A stretch of 64,000 bases of DNA from Halodesulfurarchaeum sp. (GCA_034520565.1 JAXHNL010000002.1:704001-768000); one strand, 5' to 3'. Counted from the first letter of the stretch, positions 1 to 9,230 are shown. Numbers and translations: made by a program. The notes: a model not told the origin generated them from the letters alone.

Positions 1-948
1 CTCGCCGATCGGTTCGCCGAAGGCTACCTGGGCCCGGTAGGTCTTCGAGGCGGGGAGTTCCTTCACCCGTTCGACGCTCTCGTAGGTGGCAAGACGGAGC
101 CCCTCGACCTCGACTTTGCCGTTCGCGAAGTCGTTGACGCGCTCTTCGAGGGCTTCCACGTCTGGGAATCGCTCGCGAGGTGCCTCGACCTCGACGACGA
201 AGGGGCGGCCCGTGCCCAGCATTTTCGCGTCGATGTCCTCGCGGCCGGCCCCGTGAAATTTCGAGTCGACTCCGTCCATGGCCGCCTCGATCGGTGGGGC
301 GGTCAACTGCTCGACCGACTCGGGGTACTGGTACCCCGTTCCGTCACAGTAGACACAGGGCTCGCCCGACCGGGTGCCCGACCCGTTACATTCCCGGCAG
401 GGCCACTCGGTCTGGGGGATTCCCCGTTCGAGTTTCCGGTAGCGACCGTAGAGGAAGGCGGAGTTCACCGTCGCCTCGACGGTATCCTCGGCGACGTCGA
501 TCAGCAACTGGACGTCCGGGCGTTCGAAGTCGACGGTGGCGCCGGTCGCCTCCCCGACTCGCTTGCCCACCTCGCGGTTCATCTCCGAGTTGAACCGCTC
601 GCCCGCGTCTTCCGGCAATTCGGCCAGCTCCCGGAGCATGGTCTCGTTCTCCTCGATCAGCGGGGACGCCCGGGTGCCGACCTGGTAGGTCTCGAAGGTC
701 ACGTCGCCGATCGCCTCGACCGCCCGCTCGGCCCAGTGGTCGAACGCGGCGGTCTCACCGTTACACACCCAGCACTCCTCGGGTTGTTCGAAGGGATCGT
801 CGTCGTCCAACGCGACGGCGAGTCGGAGCCCGCGGCCCCGTTCCGCGTTCGTGAGGCCGTGGCTCAGGTCGGCAAAGGGGCGGCCAAGACAGGCATCGCA
901 CAGCGGACCGGTGTCGAGGACCGATCGTGTGTCGGCGAGCAGCGTCAT
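1..948 (-). CDS. pus10: tRNA pseudouridine(54/55) synthase Pus10 (runs off the window edge)
   Basis: Manual translation from ATG 948: LCDACLGR N-terminal Zn motif, GRYRKLERGIPQTEWPC, FHGAGREDIDAKMLGTGRPF catalytic motif. Not in the ORF track because it has no stop in the window. Confidence 0.95.
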   Translation of the reverse strand, partial: MTLLADTRSVLDTGPLCDACLGRPFADLSHGLTNAERGRGLRLAVALDDDDPFEQPEECWVCNGETAAFDHWAERAVEAIGDVTFETYQVGTRASPLIEENETMLRELAELPEDAGERFNSEMNREVGKRVGEATGATVDFERPDVQLLIDVAEDTVEATVNSAFLYGRYRKLERGIPQTEWPCRECNGSGTRSGEPCVYCDGTGYQYPESVEQLTAPPIEAAMDGVDSKFHGAGREDIDAKMLGTGRPFVVEVEAPRERFPDVEALEERVNDFANGKVEVEGLRLATYESVERVKELPASKTYRAQVAFGEPIGE

Positions 949-1107
949 GACGGTGTCTACCGAGCGGAGGGGTTCGTATGCTTCGGTCCGGGTCTCGTCC
1001 CGCGGCCCGCAGTCATCTGCCGCCCCGGACTGCAGACGTCCCCGTTCGCCGGCCGTTCCTGTCGAAATGGATACTATTTTGTGCTCGGAGAACCGCGTTT
1101 CACTCGT

Positions 1108-2106
1108 ATGGCCCTCCACGCAGTCGACGACTTATCGGACGCGTACCGGGCGACCCGGTCGTTCCTGCTCCCGCTCGAGTGGGGACGCTGGCTCCGGTTG
1201 GCGCTGCTCTCCCTGTTCGTCGCGGGAAGCAGCGGCGGCGGTGCCCCGACGGGGAGCTTTCAAGGACCGCTGAGTTCGAGCCCCGATCCGACTCCCGGAG
1301 GGGGCACCGAACTCGCCGGTGCCATCGACCAGGTTGGTGCGATGCTGGCGAGCAATCTCTGGTTCATCGTGACCGTCATCGGATTCTTTTTCCTCCTCGG
1401 GCTGGTGCTCCAGTGGATCGCCGCGACCTTCGAGTTCACCTTCCTCGAGTCGCTTCGCACCGACGAAGTACACGTCAGGCAGTATTCGAGTGCGAACTCC
1501 GGACTCGGGACGCGCCTCTTCGCGTTCCGGATCCTGTTCGGCCTGGCAACGCTTCTGGTGTTCGGCGGACTGGCACTGTTGGCGATCGGACCGATCTTGT
1601 ACGGTGTCGCCCCGGCCGGCCCGCTCCTGCTGCTCGTGTTTCTGGTCCCGCTGTTCTTCGTTCTGGGGATCGTGGCCTCGGTCGGCTACGTCTTCACCAC
1701 GGCCTTCGTCGCCCCCATCATGCTTCTCGAGGACCGCGGGGTACTTTCGGCCTGGAAGCGTTTCTGGGGCGTGTTCAAATCGGCCTGGCAGGACTTCCTC
1801 GTGTTCGTCCTGGTCGGGCTCTTCTTGATGATCGCGATCGGGATCGTCGTGGGCATCGTCATGGCGGTGATCGGCATCGGGATCGCCCTCCCGGTCATCG
1901 TGGCGCTGCTGGCCGGCGGCCCACTCCTGGCCGCGCTCCTCGGTGTCCCGGCCGCCTTCGTCGCGCTCCTCGCCTGGGCGATGGTGCAGGTGCCAGTCCA
2001 GACGTATCTCAGACACTGGGCGCTGCTCGTGCTGGGTGACGTCGAGCCCGAACTCGACCTGATTCCGGACCGGCGGGCCGAGATCAGAGGCGAAACGACT
2101 TCCTGA
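1108..2106 (+). CDS. Conserved multi-pass membrane protein
   Basis: ATG 1108 (MALHAVDD) within ORF 253..2106; many hydrophobic helices; the upstream extension is antisense to pus10. Confidence 0.8.
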   Translation: MALHAVDDLSDAYRATRSFLLPLEWGRWLRLALLSLFVAGSSGGGAPTGSFQGPLSSSPDPTPGGGTELAGAIDQVGAMLASNLWFIVTVIGFFFLLGLVLQWIAATFEFTFLESLRTDEVHVRQYSSANSGLGTRLFAFRILFGLATLLVFGGLALLAIGPILYGVAPAGPLLLLVFLVPLFFVLGIVASVGYVFTTAFVAPIMLLEDRGVLSAWKRFWGVFKSAWQDFLVFVLVGLFLMIAIGIVVGIVMAVIGIGIALPVIVALLAGGPLLAALLGVPAAFVALLAWAMVQVPVQTYLRHWALLVLGDVEPELDLIPDRRAEIRGETTS

Positions 2107-2126
2107 GTGGGAGGCGTGGGTCGGCT

Positions 2127-2720
2127 ATGCGCCGATTCATCGTCCTCGGACACACCGCGCCGACCGACCCGGATTTCAGCCTGGACGATCTCGCGGGCGG
2201 GGCCGGGCGGTTGGACGTCCTCGCCCGGTGTGTCAACTCGGCGTTTTTCCTCTCGCATGGCATCCGCGAGCCCGTGCGGGTGTACATAGTCCTTTCGGAT
2301 GCGGTCACGATCCGCCTGGAAGGGGTCGAATTGCGCTACATGAACCCCGACGAGCGGAACATCGCCTCGCTCCTCCGGCAGGCCCTCGAGGCCCGCGCGG
2401 ACGCCATCGGGCACAGCGAGGTCGAGTCGACGCCGGGGATCTACGTCTCGAACCGGGGCTTCGAGGACGTACTCAAGGCGGCTGCCCGGGAGGGGGCGAT
2501 CATCCAGCTCCACGAGGACGGCGAGCCGATTTGGGAGGTCGAGCCGCCCGAGAACCCGGCGTTCGTGCTCTCGGACCACCAGGATTTCACCGCGGAGGAG
2601 CAGGCGCTGCTCGAGGAGTTCGCCACCCGGCGCGTGAGCGTCGGGCCCGAGGCCCTCCACGCGGATCACGTGATCTCGATCGTCCACAACTACCTCGATA
2701 CGGACGGGTATTCGATCTGA
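2127..2720 (+). CDS. trmY: tRNA (pseudouridine54-N1)-methyltransferase
   Basis: SPOUT motifs DLAGGAGRLDVLARC, PDERNIA, FVLSDHQD, VGPEALHADH. Confidence 0.95.
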   Translation: MRRFIVLGHTAPTDPDFSLDDLAGGAGRLDVLARCVNSAFFLSHGIREPVRVYIVLSDAVTIRLEGVELRYMNPDERNIASLLRQALEARADAIGHSEVESTPGIYVSNRGFEDVLKAAAREGAIIQLHEDGEPIWEVEPPENPAFVLSDHQDFTAEEQALLEEFATRRVSVGPEALHADHVISIVHNYLDTDGYSI

Positions 2721-2769
2721 GCCCTCGTTTCGAAACGTTAAACCCGCGCCATCACGTTCTCTCGCCTGC

Positions 2770-2842
2770 GGGCCGGTGGGGTAGCTTGGTATCCTTCGGC
2801 CTTCGGGTGGCCGTAACCGCGATTCAAATTCGCGCCGGCCCA
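2770..2842 (+). tRNA. tRNA-Pro(CGG)
   Basis: Acceptor stem GGGCCGG/CCGGCCC-A; anticodon stem CGGCC-TTCGGGT-GGCCG; T-arm CGCGA-TTCAAAT-TCGCG; no intron; CCA not encoded. Confidence 0.97.
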
Positions 2843-2844
2843 CT
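2830..2844 (+). repeat. attL core, 15 bp TCGCGCCGGCCCACT
   Basis: Exact direct repeat of 22860-22874, which lies about 50 bp downstream of the integrase stop. Confidence 0.88.
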
Positions 2845-2906
2845 ACCTATATACCCCTTTTCCAGCCTTCACTGACAGGTTTAGCGGGTTTTCGGGGGTG
2901 GTCGGT

Positions 2907-3016
2907 TTGAGCGTTTCCGAGGACTCTGAGCCCCTGATCTGCAACTACTGTGGGGAGTACATCGAGGAGCCGATGCAGCGGTGTCCGGCTCTCGATGAGG
3001 GGTGTGTCGGCCATGA
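2907..3016 (+). CDS. Small Cys-rich (CxxC...CPALD) protein; possible C-terminal half of an att-split ORF
   Basis: TTG 2907: SVSEDSEPLICNYCGEYIEEPMQRCPALDEG; one extra G in the G-run would give ...VCRP stop. Confidence 0.55.
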
Positions 3017-3232
3017 GGCTGTAGACGGACCTCCGAAATTGTAAACAGCTGAAATCAGCCTCATCCAGCCCCTCGAACTCGAAAACAGGGCCTCAAATCC
3101 GCCCTGTATACACCCTCCCGGGGTCCCGATTTTCGTCTCGATTCCGCCCCCGGGTGGCCGAAGGCACGCGCAACAGGCGGCCGAGGGCCAGCGGGCGGGT
3201 ACGCGGGCGCGAAGCGGCGGGGTGATCGCGGC

Positions 3233-3580
3233 ATGAGTCTCGCCGATGAAGCGGACGAAGCGCGTTCCGTGGCGGACCTGAAGCCGGGCGACACCGCGCC
3301 GGTTGAGAACCAGGACGGAGGGCATAACCGAGCGATCGTCGCCGTGATCCGGGACGAACCGGCTGGCGAGTGTCAGGTCACGCCGCAGAGACGGGACGCC
3401 CCGATCTCGATCAAACAGCTCTGGCGGCCCGTGTCGATCGGAGCCGATGAGCCGGTCGTCGGCGTCAGGTTTGTGAAGGGCGTCGACTGGGACGGCACGC
3501 CGCTCACGTGGACCCAGCGGATCGCGGATTACCCGGCTTCCCGGGTCATGCAGGTGAATTTCGGGGGTGCCGATCGATGA
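3233..3580 (+). CDS. Hypothetical viral protein
   Basis: 115 aa ORF with GGGGTGA SD-like motif; ATGA overlap with the next gene. Confidence 0.7.
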   Translation: MSLADEADEARSVADLKPGDTAPVENQDGGHNRAIVAVIRDEPAGECQVTPQRRDAPISIKQLWRPVSIGADEPVVGVRFVKGVDWDGTPLTWTQRIADYPASRVMQVNFGGADR

Positions 3581-3942
3581 GCACGACAGTCTCCGCCCGG
3601 ATCTCCGACCCGGATCTCGCCAATCGACTCGACGAGGAGCAGGACCGAAGCCAGGCGATCCGTGATGCGCTCCGGACCTACTACGCCGACGATATCGTCG
3701 ACGTCCCGGTCTCCGGCCGTCCCCGAGACGCCTACGACGAGCTGCTCTCGATCACGAACGGCGGGGGGCTGATCCGCAAGAAGGTCGCGGAAACGGTGCT
3801 CGCCCAGACGGTCGGCCTCGAGAAGTCGATCATCAAGCCGACGATCTTCTTCCCGCTCGAAGAAGCGGGCCTGATCCAGCCCCGCCGGACGTGGCGGGAG
3901 GTGTACCTGCTCGTTCGATCTCCCGAGGAGGTTGATCGGTGA
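3577..3942 (+). CDS. Ribbon-helix-helix (CopG-like) protein with a possible C-terminal wHTH
   Basis: MSTTVSARISDPDLANRLDEEQDRSQAIRDALRTYY is an RHH pattern; ATG overlaps the previous stop. Confidence 0.7.
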   Translation: MSTTVSARISDPDLANRLDEEQDRSQAIRDALRTYYADDIVDVPVSGRPRDAYDELLSITNGGGLIRKKVAETVLAQTVGLEKSIIKPTIFFPLEEAGLIQPRRTWREVYLLVRSPEEVDR

Positions 3943-4070
3943 TGCCCTGGACGATCTACCCCTGTTGCGGGCATCACGAATCGACGCGGAAAATCGGGGC
4001 GGCCCGGCGGCCGGTCTGTCCGGCCTGTGGCTCCCAGCAGCGGCTCGTCGAAGGTGCTACGCCGGCATGA
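3942..4070 (+). CDS. Small CPxCG zinc-finger protein (42 aa)
   Basis: MPWTIYPCCGHHESTRKIGAARRPVCPACGSQQRLVEGATPA; coupled to both neighbours (TGATG and ATGA overlaps); below the ORF-track cutoff. Confidence 0.7.
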   Translation: MPWTIYPCCGHHESTRKIGAARRPVCPACGSQQRLVEGATPA

Positions 4071-4900
4071 TCCGGTTTACCCGGCAAGAGGCCCGATACG
4101 CTCACGGCGACCGGTACGATCGGGGGAGTCGATACAACGAGCGGCACCTTCTGGACGTCGAGATCGAGACCCGCTCGACGAACCGGTTCGTCGTTCGGTT
4201 TTCGACTCCGACGAGGGCCATGTCGTCGATCTCGAAGCGACACCGGACGGCTACGTCGGCGAGTGCACCTGTCCCGATCACGACTATCGCGAGACGGTCT
4301 GCAAACACATGTGGGCGGTCTTCGCGGCTCCCGACGTCCCCGTCATCGATGAGGGCGACGACCGGATCGGGAAACGTCCGACGCGGGCACTCACGGACGG
4401 AGGGACCGCGACCGCCTCGACGTCGACGCCGGCGCCACGACCGAACGGCCAGGCACCGACTCAGGGCGAGCTCGTTGAGGAGTGGATGGCCGACCGGTAC
4501 CCGATTCGGTTGGTCGACTGCGAAATACGACGACGCCCGGCTCACGACCGACACGGGCCTCGCGAGGGAGGGCGCACCGGTCCAAATCAAAGGCTCCCAA
4601 GAGCGGGTCCGAAACGGGTACGACCGAAACGGCAATCAGGAATACACCACCGGGAGGCTCACGGCTTGGCGAAACGAGCTGCTCGAACTCCTGGCCGATG
4701 GCGGGGTCTATCTGATCGGCCTCTACCATCCCGACCGCGATCCTCGAAGCGAGGATTTCGTGACTCGCACTCGATGGATCACGCCGGAGGATTTCGGCGG
4801 CGTCCTCGAGGGCCACTGGACCGAAGGCCACCGGCCGAGCAAGGGCGAAAAGGGGCGGGTTCGCTGGACGGCGGTTCTCGGGGGCGATCCCGATGTCTAA
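4067..4900 (+). CDS. SWIM zinc-finger protein, apparently fused to a PD-(D/E)XK-like domain (2 frameshifts)
   Basis: CTCPDHDYRETVCKH SWIM motif, then GELVEEW...DAR...VQIK; reconstructed across frames 3932 and 4027. Confidence 0.6.
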   Translation: MIRFTRQEARYAHGDRYDRGSRYNERHLLDVEIETRSTNRFVVRFSTPTRAMSSISKRHRTATSASAPVPITTIARRSANTCGRSSRLPTSPSSMRATTGSGNVRRGHSRTEGPRPPRRRRRRHDRTARHRLRASSLRSGWPTGTRFGWSTAKYDDARLTTDTGLAREGAPVQIKGSQERVRNGYDRNGNQEYTTGRLTAWRNELLELLADGGVYLIGLYHPDRDPRSEDFVTRTRWITPEDFGGVLEGHWTEGHRPSKGEKGRVRWTAVLGGDPDV

Positions 4901-5153
4901 GGCGGGACGCCGCCCGTCGACAGCCGACGATCGGCCCCGAGTACCCGCGATCGCGGCCCGGATCGGCGAGGATCCGGCCAAGTACCTGCACGAGCCGGAC
5001 GAAACGACCTTCGCGCTGATTCGGGGCATCGACGACGAGACCCGTCTCGATTGCTGGTTTGCGATCGAGGAGGACCTCGGCCCTCGACCGGAGGTTCTTG
5101 CGGTGCTGAACAAGCGACGGGAGGCCCTGAAGGACGGTGATCGCGATGAGTGA
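4893..5153 (+). CDS. Hypothetical viral protein
   Basis: 86 aa acidic ORF overlapping both neighbours in the same operon. Confidence 0.65.
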   Translation: MSKAGRRPSTADDRPRVPAIAARIGEDPAKYLHEPDETTFALIRGIDDETRLDCWFAIEEDLGPRPEVLAVLNKRREALKDGDRDE

Positions 5154-5614
5154 CGGAGCTTATGAAGATGTTTGTTCCTCAGGCAGAAAATTTTCTGGAC
5201 GAAGCCGCGTTAAGGGAGAGCTCCCGCAGGCGGCACATTCGTTTGGTTTCGTCCGAGAAACATGGGCGTTTTTACAGGCTCTGCACTGGAAAAACTGGTA
5301 TTCCGGTGGCATCGGCACGAGACAATTCGAACAGCTATTACAAATTCATTGCGCCGTCGACGGAAAGATCGTTCCCTCGAGAAACCATATACTCTATGTC
5401 CAGAAAAACAACCCGCGATCGAGTCTGGCTTCATGTGCTCGAAAAGTCCGTCAAGCAAAACGAGGTCGTCACAGCATCAACCGCAGCGCAGGCCGCCGAC
5501 TGTTCGAGGAAAACCGCTCGGGAAGTGCTCAAGGTTATGGACCGTTCCCGCTGGATTCGAGAGCGATCGACCGATACGGGTGTAGAATACCATCCCGAAT
5601 ATCGGCTGGAGTAG
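5150..5614 (+). CDS. Hypothetical protein with C-terminal HTH (may be two genes; second start MSRKTT near 5396)
   Basis: VVTASTAAQAADCSRKTAREVLKVM is a helix-turn-helix pattern. Confidence 0.55.
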   Translation: MTELMKMFVPQAENFLDEAALRESSRRRHIRLVSSEKHGRFYRLCTGKTGIPVASARDNSNSYYKFIAPSTERSFPRETIYSMSRKTTRDRVWLHVLEKSVKQNEVVTASTAAQAADCSRKTAREVLKVMDRSRWIRERSTDTGVEYHPEYRLE

Positions 5615-5618
5615 CACC

Positions 5619-5643
5619 TTCCGATTCTATATTGGAATCGGAA
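5619..5643. promoter_or_regulatory. 9-7-9 inverted repeat; putative recombinase core site or operator
   Basis: TTCCGATTC-TATATTG-GAATCGGAA, perfect arms, 58 bp upstream of the recombinase ATG. Confidence 0.6.
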
Positions 5644-5701
5644 ACTCAACTACCCGAACCGGAGTGGAGTATATAAACAATGGCGGGGGTGAACAGGCCT
5701 A

Positions 5702-6298
5702 ATGACGGATTCGGAAGTTGCGTGGCTCAAGCCTGAGCAGGTTGAGGCGATGCGCGACGTCGCTCACACGGGGCGGAACGGTCACCGTGACGAAGCGCTT
5801 GTCACATTGCTTTATGACACCGGTCTTCGTCGAGCAGAGGCCGCGGCCCTCGATCGGGAAATGCTCGACCTGGATGACGGAACGCTGTTCGTCCCCGGCC
5901 CGATCCAAAAGGACTACCCCAACGACAACTCACCACCACCAGTGACGATGGAGCTCGACCAGTCGGGAGATCTACGTACAGTTCGAACGCTCCGATCCTA
6001 CCTTTCGTGGAGAAACGACGCTCGGTCACCACTATGGACGGGAAGAGCATCACCGCGTTTGTCGGGTAAGAGCATCAACAACGTGGTAAACGTCTCGCCA
6101 AGCGGGCCGACGTCCAGCCTCACCTCCAAGTAGGCCGCGGTGATCCGGAGGACATACTCAGCGCATACGCTCCGCCACTCAATTGCTTACCGCATGCTTC
6201 GCGTCGAAGAAAAGGACATCTACGCGGTGAAGAACCGGCTTAGGCACGCTTCAATCTCGACAACGGACCGAAAGTACGCTCATTTGGATATGGTATAA
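5702..6298 (+). CDS. Short (catalytic-domain-only) tyrosine recombinase, XerC/D-like (frameshifted near 6090-6135)
   Basis: RDEALVTLLYDTGLRRAE; downstream frame SAHTLRHSIAY...RLRHASISTTDRKYAH gives the full R-HxxR-H-Y set. Confidence 0.88.
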
Positions 6299-6320
6299 TG
6301 TCGTAAAAGAATACTTCATC

Positions 6321-6924
6321 TTAGAATGTTGGAATATCCATATTACGATCTTGATTTCCTAAGTGAAACTCAGTAGATTCCGTCATGTCTCTAATATTGT
6401 CTAATATTGAAAACCGCTGTATATCTTCATACGAATTCCCGGCAGCATCCTTATAACTAAATTCGACCACTAGCCTATCGCTACTGTTGTATTCCTCTAT
6501 CTTGTTTTCAATTTTCTTCTCAGTTCCCGAAACGCCAAAATCTGACCCGGAAGGAATTGGAAAATCAAGATTGTATACTTCTTCAGGAAGTACAACCTTT
6601 TTCCCCAGGTCTGATTATCGTCTTCGCTTTCTTCAAGATAAATCAACTAGCAGAGACATCTTGCGCTAATCCACCACCTATATTCACAAACGATAGACAA
6701 AAATTTGGCCCGTGGAAGTTTCTAACAGCTGCCTTTAATTTCGGTTCATAATTCAATTTTCTAGTTTTAGTCATCTCATCGGTTTGTGCGGAGATCTCGG
6801 CTGTTTGGTTTTTCGTCTGTAAATAATATTTCCAAGTTGCTATCGCCAAAACAACAGTAAAGAAGGCAAGAACGACACTTGAAGCAATTTGAATACCGGT
6901 TGCGATCTCGTTAGCAATCACCAT
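6321..6924 (-). CDS. AT-rich cargo protein with N-terminal TM helix (frameshifted)
   Basis: ORF 6643..6924 with a hydrophobic N-terminus; an open frame continues to about 6321 (...VVEFSYKDAAGNSYEDIQRF...). Confidence 0.55.
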
Positions 6925-7124
6925 ACCCAGATCACATTCCCCAATCAGGTATTATTTTTGCTGTTGCAGCATTTAATTAATTGAGAGAAATTGGTCTAAA
7001 AGTAAGTCGTAGCGAAGATACTAAACACGTTACAATCCATCAAGGACCTTGCTCTAAATCATTAATCGGACGATTATCTTACACTCAAAACCTTTTGTAA
7101 GCCGCTAATCATTCACTGGAAAGT

Positions 7125-7533
7125 TCAACCATATATTATATAGGGGCTGCTATTCGCAAAGAAAATCCAGCCACTACAAAAGCAAAACCGAATATCGAGT
7201 CGGCAACATTCATTACATCAAAATATGATTGGCGACGTGAGGGACTTGCAAATCTCTCCAGTCCTTCGCTCAACAAAATCAAGTGAATGAACTCGCATCC
7301 TCAACGCGACGAAAGCCAATAAAGAAGCACCCAATGCCATGAATCCGAGTCCCGTAGTACCGGTGATCTGGTGATACGTATACAATCCCAAAAAGCAAAA
7401 CCATATTCCTAATGCTGCTACTGATTAGAGACTTACACATCAATTGGACTCGGCCAATATTCCGATAAAATGATATTCCTTGGTACAAATGTCCCAATAC
7501 CGTATCTGCAAGAATCAGTCTAATTCGGTTCAT
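7125..7533 (-). CDS. AT-rich cargo membrane protein (frameshifted, 3' end approximate)
   Basis: ORF 7279..7533 plus a downstream hydrophobic frame (...DSIFGFAFVVAGFSLRIAAPIII). Confidence 0.4.
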
Positions 7534-7621
7534 GATTTATTTCAAGATTCGAGATTAAATAAAAGCGTACATTGAAAGGATCGGGGAAATCTTTTCCATA
7601 TTCCAAATCTCTCGAATATTA

Positions 7622-8022
7622 ATGTTTGAAGACACTCCCAATAGCGAGGAACCAGACACTGGGTAGAGGACCGAATTCATGAAATATATAACTATGAGGA
7701 CTTGAAGGATTGCGATATTGATTATCTGCACAATCGCGAATTTGGTTTAAAGGCTAATATGAAAATATTTGAAACGGGTTTTCCTGATGAAGACGTTGAG
7801 GATCATCTTATAGCAATCACAGATGTGGAGGATGATTTTCTGAGTCTAGAAGCGCTTACCCCTGCCGAAAAAATGAGGCTACAATTTCTCAAAATGGAGG
7901 CTGAAAAAGAGATTCACAGGGCAAAAGGTCACCGGATGAATTTGCGAAGGGAACACAGGAACAAAATGGCCAATGCGTTTGCTGACCTGGTGAAGTCAAT
8001 TGGGGATCTAATTCCTTGGTGA
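7622..8022 (+). CDS. AT-rich cargo hypothetical protein (5' part frameshifted)
   Basis: ORF 7702..8022; likely true ATG at 7622. Confidence 0.5.
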
Positions 8023-8166
8023 TTTCGAGCCACCCTCACATTAAATAAAGAACTTTGCTTTCGTACAGTCTGTACGAAAACGGTCGTTTTCGGACGCCCT
8101 CAAATCACTCTCTGAGCGGTTCGAGGGGCCGCATGTCCAATCGGTTACGTTGGTCGGCTGGGCTAT

Positions 8167-8705
8167 TCACTCGGCCCACGACGACTTACGAGAACGGCGA
8201 ATGAGAGATCGCCCTGAACTCAGCAGCGCTCGCAGCTCGACCAGGAAGGGGAAGATTGCCCCGCCCCAGACCCACCCGTCGAGCGGGGTCCACACTCCCA
8301 GGCATGGCTCACGAGATCGTCGAGCGAGACGAGCAGGCCAATCAGCAGCAAACCCCGAAATCCGGGGACTGGAACCGGGAGGAACCCGATTCGCCGGATG
8401 CGAACCCAGGGGTAACGGGCCGCGAAGTCCCCTGCAAACAGAGCCAGAGCGATCGCTGCCAGCCCGACGTGAGAGAACACCGCTCCCACCACGGGGTGAT
8501 GCTCCCAGAGCAGGAAGCCCATCACGGCCACGAGAATCCCGCCCATCACGATCGAGGGCTCACGGTGCCGGTGGTCGTCCTGGACGTGCCAGACACCGTA
8601 CAGCGCGATTCCCAGGCCGATCCAGAAGTGATGGGCCGCGAGGATCGTTGCGTCCGGAGTGCGCTCAGCCGGCCAGGAAAGCGCGGCCAGGGCCAGCTTC
8701 CTCAC
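8167..8705 (-). CDS. Multi-TM protein with HHxxxG...DDxxxH motif (putative intramembrane metallohydrolase)
   Basis: GTG 8705 overlaps the previous stop; AHHFWIG and SLDDLVSHAW; 1-nt indel near 8297. Confidence 0.55.
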
Positions 8706-8974
8706 GGACCGGTGTTGCCCCGGAGTTTGTTCACAATCGCGACCGTATCCTCGCCGATCGCGTAGGTCAGGGCCGCGAGGAAGGCCGCCAGGTAGACCAT
8801 TCCGACCGCCCCGCTCGGCCAGGTCGCCGGGACGGGCTCGAGTGTGAGGGCAGCCATGACCGCCAGCATGAACAGGATGATCGCCCCGGCGGAGAGCGTC
8901 GAAAGCCACTCCCACCGGGTCTTTGCTGTCTCCGTGAGCTGTTCGTCGTCGTTGGTGTTGGAGTTCTCACTCAT
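8702..8974 (-). CDS. Small 2-TM protein, holin-like architecture
   Basis: 90 aa, two hydrophobic helices, charged termini, near the end of the virion operon. Confidence 0.55.
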   Translation of the reverse strand: MSENSNTNDDEQLTETAKTRWEWLSTLSAGAIILFMLAVMAALTLEPVPATWPSGAVGMVYLAAFLAALTYAIGEDTVAIVNKLRGNTGP

Positions 8975-9230
8975 ATTTCCGAGGGGAAGGAACCGCGTCG
9001 GACTGTTTGATCGCCGCCCGATTCGCCCGGCTGATTCGGCGGTTGTCCTGGACGATCTCGATCACGCCGTCGCCGTCGATCTCGTCGGAGCCCTTGAGCA
9101 GTCGCAGGCTCTCCTGGGCCGATTTGCGGGTCTCGAAACCCCATTTCCCGAGTGAAATCGCGACCGTTGCAGCTCCACCGAGGGCACCGCCGAGGGCCGG
9201 GATCGCGATCGAGGCCACGTCTCCCGTCAT
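8967..9230 (-). CDS. Small membrane protein (N-terminal TM plus helical tail)
   Basis: 87 aa, MTGDVASIAIPALGGALGGAATVAISLG. Confidence 0.6.
   Translation of the reverse strand: MTGDVASIAIPALGGALGGAATVAISLGKWGFETRKSAQESLRLLKGSDEIDGDGVIEIVQDNRRISRANRAAIKQSDAVPSPRKYE

Noticed and set aside
253-1107. N-terminal extension of the 617 aa ORF
   Set aside because: Antisense to pus10; the plausible start is ATG 1108.
1-2842. pus10, trmY and tRNA clustering as a new system
   Set aside because: Known sequential T-arm modification enzymes in an ordinary housekeeping neighbourhood.
6300-8050. Integron cassette array next to the short recombinase
   Set aside because: Genes are in mixed orientation, and I saw no repeated attC-like structures or IntI-specific insertion.
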